This document shows positions 61,875 to 64,000 of a stretch of DNA of 64,000 nucleotides, piece after piece; the first letter of the stretch is position 1, and each line of letters begins with the position of its first letter. The notes beneath the pieces are model-generated. The model saw only the letters and a program-made list of their open reading frames with translations, was not told the origin of the DNA and did not search any database. This DNA comes from an uncultured delta proteobacterium. GTDB lineage: Bacteria; Myxococcota_A; Polyangia; Fen-1088. Position numbers and translations under genes: made by a program. The stretch lies in assembly GCA_963723955.1 (NCBI GenBank), contig CAVRSU010000011.1, positions 25,509 to 89,508 of the forward strand, written 5' to 3'.

Positions 61875-64000
61875 ATGTTTTTCTCCGGAACCTCGAGATT
61901 CAGGCCCATTCGCCTTCTGGGCACGGGCGGAATGGGCAGCGTTCACCTGGTTTACGACGAACAACTTGAGACCGCGGTCGCGCTCAAGACGCTCAAGTTG
62001 TCGAGTGGCACGGATCTCTATCGTTTCAAGCGCGAGTTCCGCGTGCTGGCCGACGTCAAGCACACGAACCTGGTGACCCTCTACGAGCTCATCTCGGAAG
62101 GGCCACTGTGGTTCTTCACAATGGAACATGTGGTGGGCGTGCCCTTCGATCGTTTCATTCTCGGTCAGCAAGCCGCGTCGAACGCGCAACCTTGCGAAGC
62201 GTCGGCGGACGTCCAGGACAGTGCGCAGGCAACGTCCGATCGCATTCTCCAGTCGGTACAACAACTGTGCGTGGGGGTTCATGCCATGCACGAAGCCGGT
62301 TGTATCCACCGCGACCTCAAACCCTCGAATGTGCTTGTGACCGAACAGGGCCGGGTGGTGATCCTGGATTTCGGGCTCGCCAAACAGACGGGCAGCGGCT
62401 CGATCTCGTCCGACGGTCTGTCGGGGACGCCGGCCTATATGGCGCCCGAGCAAGCGCTGGAAAAACCAAGCATGCCCGCGGCCGACTGGTACGCGGTCGG
62501 CATCATGATCTACGAGGTGCTCACGGGGCGTTGTCCTTTTGAAGGTGCTCTGTTCGATGTCTTGCTGAGGAAGCAGACCGAGGATCCGCCCGCGCCCGTG
62601 CAGATCAATCCCCAGGCCGACGAGCTGCTCAGCGAACTGTGCATGCGCCTGATTCATCGCGATCCGCTGCAGCGCCCCTCGGGCGCCGAGATTCTGGTTC
62701 GTCTTGGCGCCTTCCACGACAGCAGCGCCAGGCCGCGCCTGCGCCGGCATACACCGGTGGCCGTGCCCGCCCAAAGAGTTCTGGGCCGAGAGCAGGAACT
62801 GACCGCCCTATATCGCGCCTACTCCAAGATGCGCAAGGGAGAGCTGGCGGTGGTTGCGGTCGAAGGGAGCTCGGGAATCGGAAAGACCTGCCTCGTCGAG
62901 TCTTTTCTCGATGATTTGCTGAACGGAGGCGCGGGCGCCTCGGCGCCGCTCGTGTTGCGCGGGCGATGTCACGAGCGCGAGACCTTGGCCTTCAAGGCAC
63001 TTGACCATGTGGTGGATGGCTTGAGCTACCGCCTGTCCAACCTGAGCGCGGACGACCAAGCCTATGTTCTGCCCGATGGCATTTTGTACCTGAGCGAGAT
63101 CTTTCCGGTTCTGCGCCAGCTCAAGCTCACCGAACACAAGCGTTACTTCCTGCCCGCGTTGCGCGACGCCAGGGAACTGCGCAACCAGGCCTTCGTCGCC
63201 TTTTGCGAGCTGCTCAAGCGCATGGCGCGCACGCAGCCCTTGGTCATTTTTATCGACGACCTCCAATGGGCCGATCGCGACAGTTTCTCTCTCCTGCGCG
63301 CGCTCAGCCAGCAGCCTGGCGCGCCGGCCATGCTGCTCATCGCGAGCTTGCGTCGATCCGCCGACGGCACCGTGATGGATCCGCTGCTGCGCGAATTCGT
63401 CGAACAACCGGGCGTGGAAACCATCAAGCTGGCCCCGCTGTCGCCGGAAGACACGCGTGCCTTGGTGGGCAACCTCCTCGACGAAGAGAAGATTGCACCC
63501 GCGGTAGAGCGCCGTATCGCGGACGCGGCGGTTCAAGAAGCTGGGGGTAACCCATTCTTCGTCGTCGAATTGGTTCACCACCTGCGCACCCTGACCTCGC
63601 CCGGGCAGGGCGCCGAATCGACCCTCGACGGCAACGCCTTTCGACTCGACGGCATGATTCTCGACCGGGTCGGCAGCTTGCCCGCGGAAAGCCAGCGTCT
63701 GCTGCAGGTCATCGCGCTGGCAGGCGATCCCTTGCCCCAGCGGGCGCTGGCCACGGCCGCTGGGCTCGTTCTTGGGTCCGAGGAATGGGAACGCGGGATT
63801 TCCGTGTTGGTGGAGGAGAGCCTGGTTCGGCGTCGGGGGCGCCAGGGCTCGGACGTGGTCGAGCCCTACCACGACCGTATTCGCGAGGCCGTGGCGGACA
63901 GCCTGGACGAGGCAACCTCGCGCCAGCTGAACGTGCGACTGGCCCAGGCGGTCGAGCAATGGGACCACGAGCGCACCGACATGCTGGCCCGCTACTGGCT
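61875..64000 (+). CDS. Ser/Thr kinase-AAA ATPase fusion, truncated by the window end; start uncertain
   Basis: Read manually in one frame: LGTGGMG, ALK, HRDLKPSN, DFG, GTPAYMAPE, Walker A GSSGIGKT, DDLQWAD, GNPFF, HDRIRE. Confidence 0.92.
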   Translation, partial: MFFSGTSRFRPIRLLGTGGMGSVHLVYDEQLETAVALKTLKLSSGTDLYRFKREFRVLADVKHTNLVTLYELISEGPLWFFTMEHVVGVPFDRFILGQQAASNAQPCEASADVQDSAQATSDRILQSVQQLCVGVHAMHEAGCIHRDLKPSNVLVTEQGRVVILDFGLAKQTGSGSISSDGLSGTPAYMAPEQALEKPSMPAADWYAVGIMIYEVLTGRCPFEGALFDVLLRKQTEDPPAPVQINPQADELLSELCMRLIHRDPLQRPSGAEILVRLGAFHDSSARPRLRRHTPVAVPAQRVLGREQELTALYRAYSKMRKGELAVVAVEGSSGIGKTCLVESFLDDLLNGGAGASAPLVLRGRCHERETLAFKALDHVVDGLSYRLSNLSADDQAYVLPDGILYLSEIFPVLRQLKLTEHKRYFLPALRDARELRNQAFVAFCELLKRMARTQPLVIFIDDLQWADRDSFSLLRALSQQPGAPAMLLIASLRRSADGTVMDPLLREFVEQPGVETIKLAPLSPEDTRALVGNLLDEEKIAPAVERRIADAAVQEAGGNPFFVVELVHHLRTLTSPGQGAESTLDGNAFRLDGMILDRVGSLPAESQRLLQVIALAGDPLPQRALATAAGLVLGSEEWERGISVLVEESLVRRRGRQGSDVVEPYHDRIREAVADSLDEATSRQLNVRLAQAVEQWDHERTDMLARYW

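Overview
GC-rich bacterial DNA, most consistent with Myxococcota (Polyangia-like). This is inferred from MYXO-CTERM sorting tails, many Gly/Ser-linker lipoproteins and eukaryotic-like kinases. From left to right: (1) a type I R-M operon (hsdR, kilA-N, hsdS, prrC, hsdM, minus strand) with an intact PrrC-like anticodon nuclease and hsdS split by a 1329-bp IS10-like IS4 element with clear TIRs and a 9-bp TSD; (2) a decayed region with HUH/RAYT-like transposase remnants forming ~95-bp direct repeats around a lipoprotein gene; (3) an OmpA/PG-binding protein, a HopX-like Cys-His-Asp protein and a lipoprotein; (4) a surface-tethered CAZyme cluster (GH5 x2, GH54, GH16 x2, GH3, esterase, AraC, GPH transporter) sharing a 22-bp operator-like motif; (5) nitrate assimilation and Moco genes with three gene fusions; (6) an unusual operon of degenerate nucleotide cyclase, class I isoprenoid-synthase-fold protein, NHLP-like small protein and prenyltransferase-repeat protein, the best candidate for an undescribed system; (7) a cobalamin riboswitch-btuB operon followed by a GDT1 exporter; (8) GT-C/TPR, an orphan ZorAB-like MotA/MotB pair, an EAL protein and a kinase-AAA gene running off the window. 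Six apparent +1 frameshifts may be sequencing errors. All calls come from motif recognition by eye; no searches were run.
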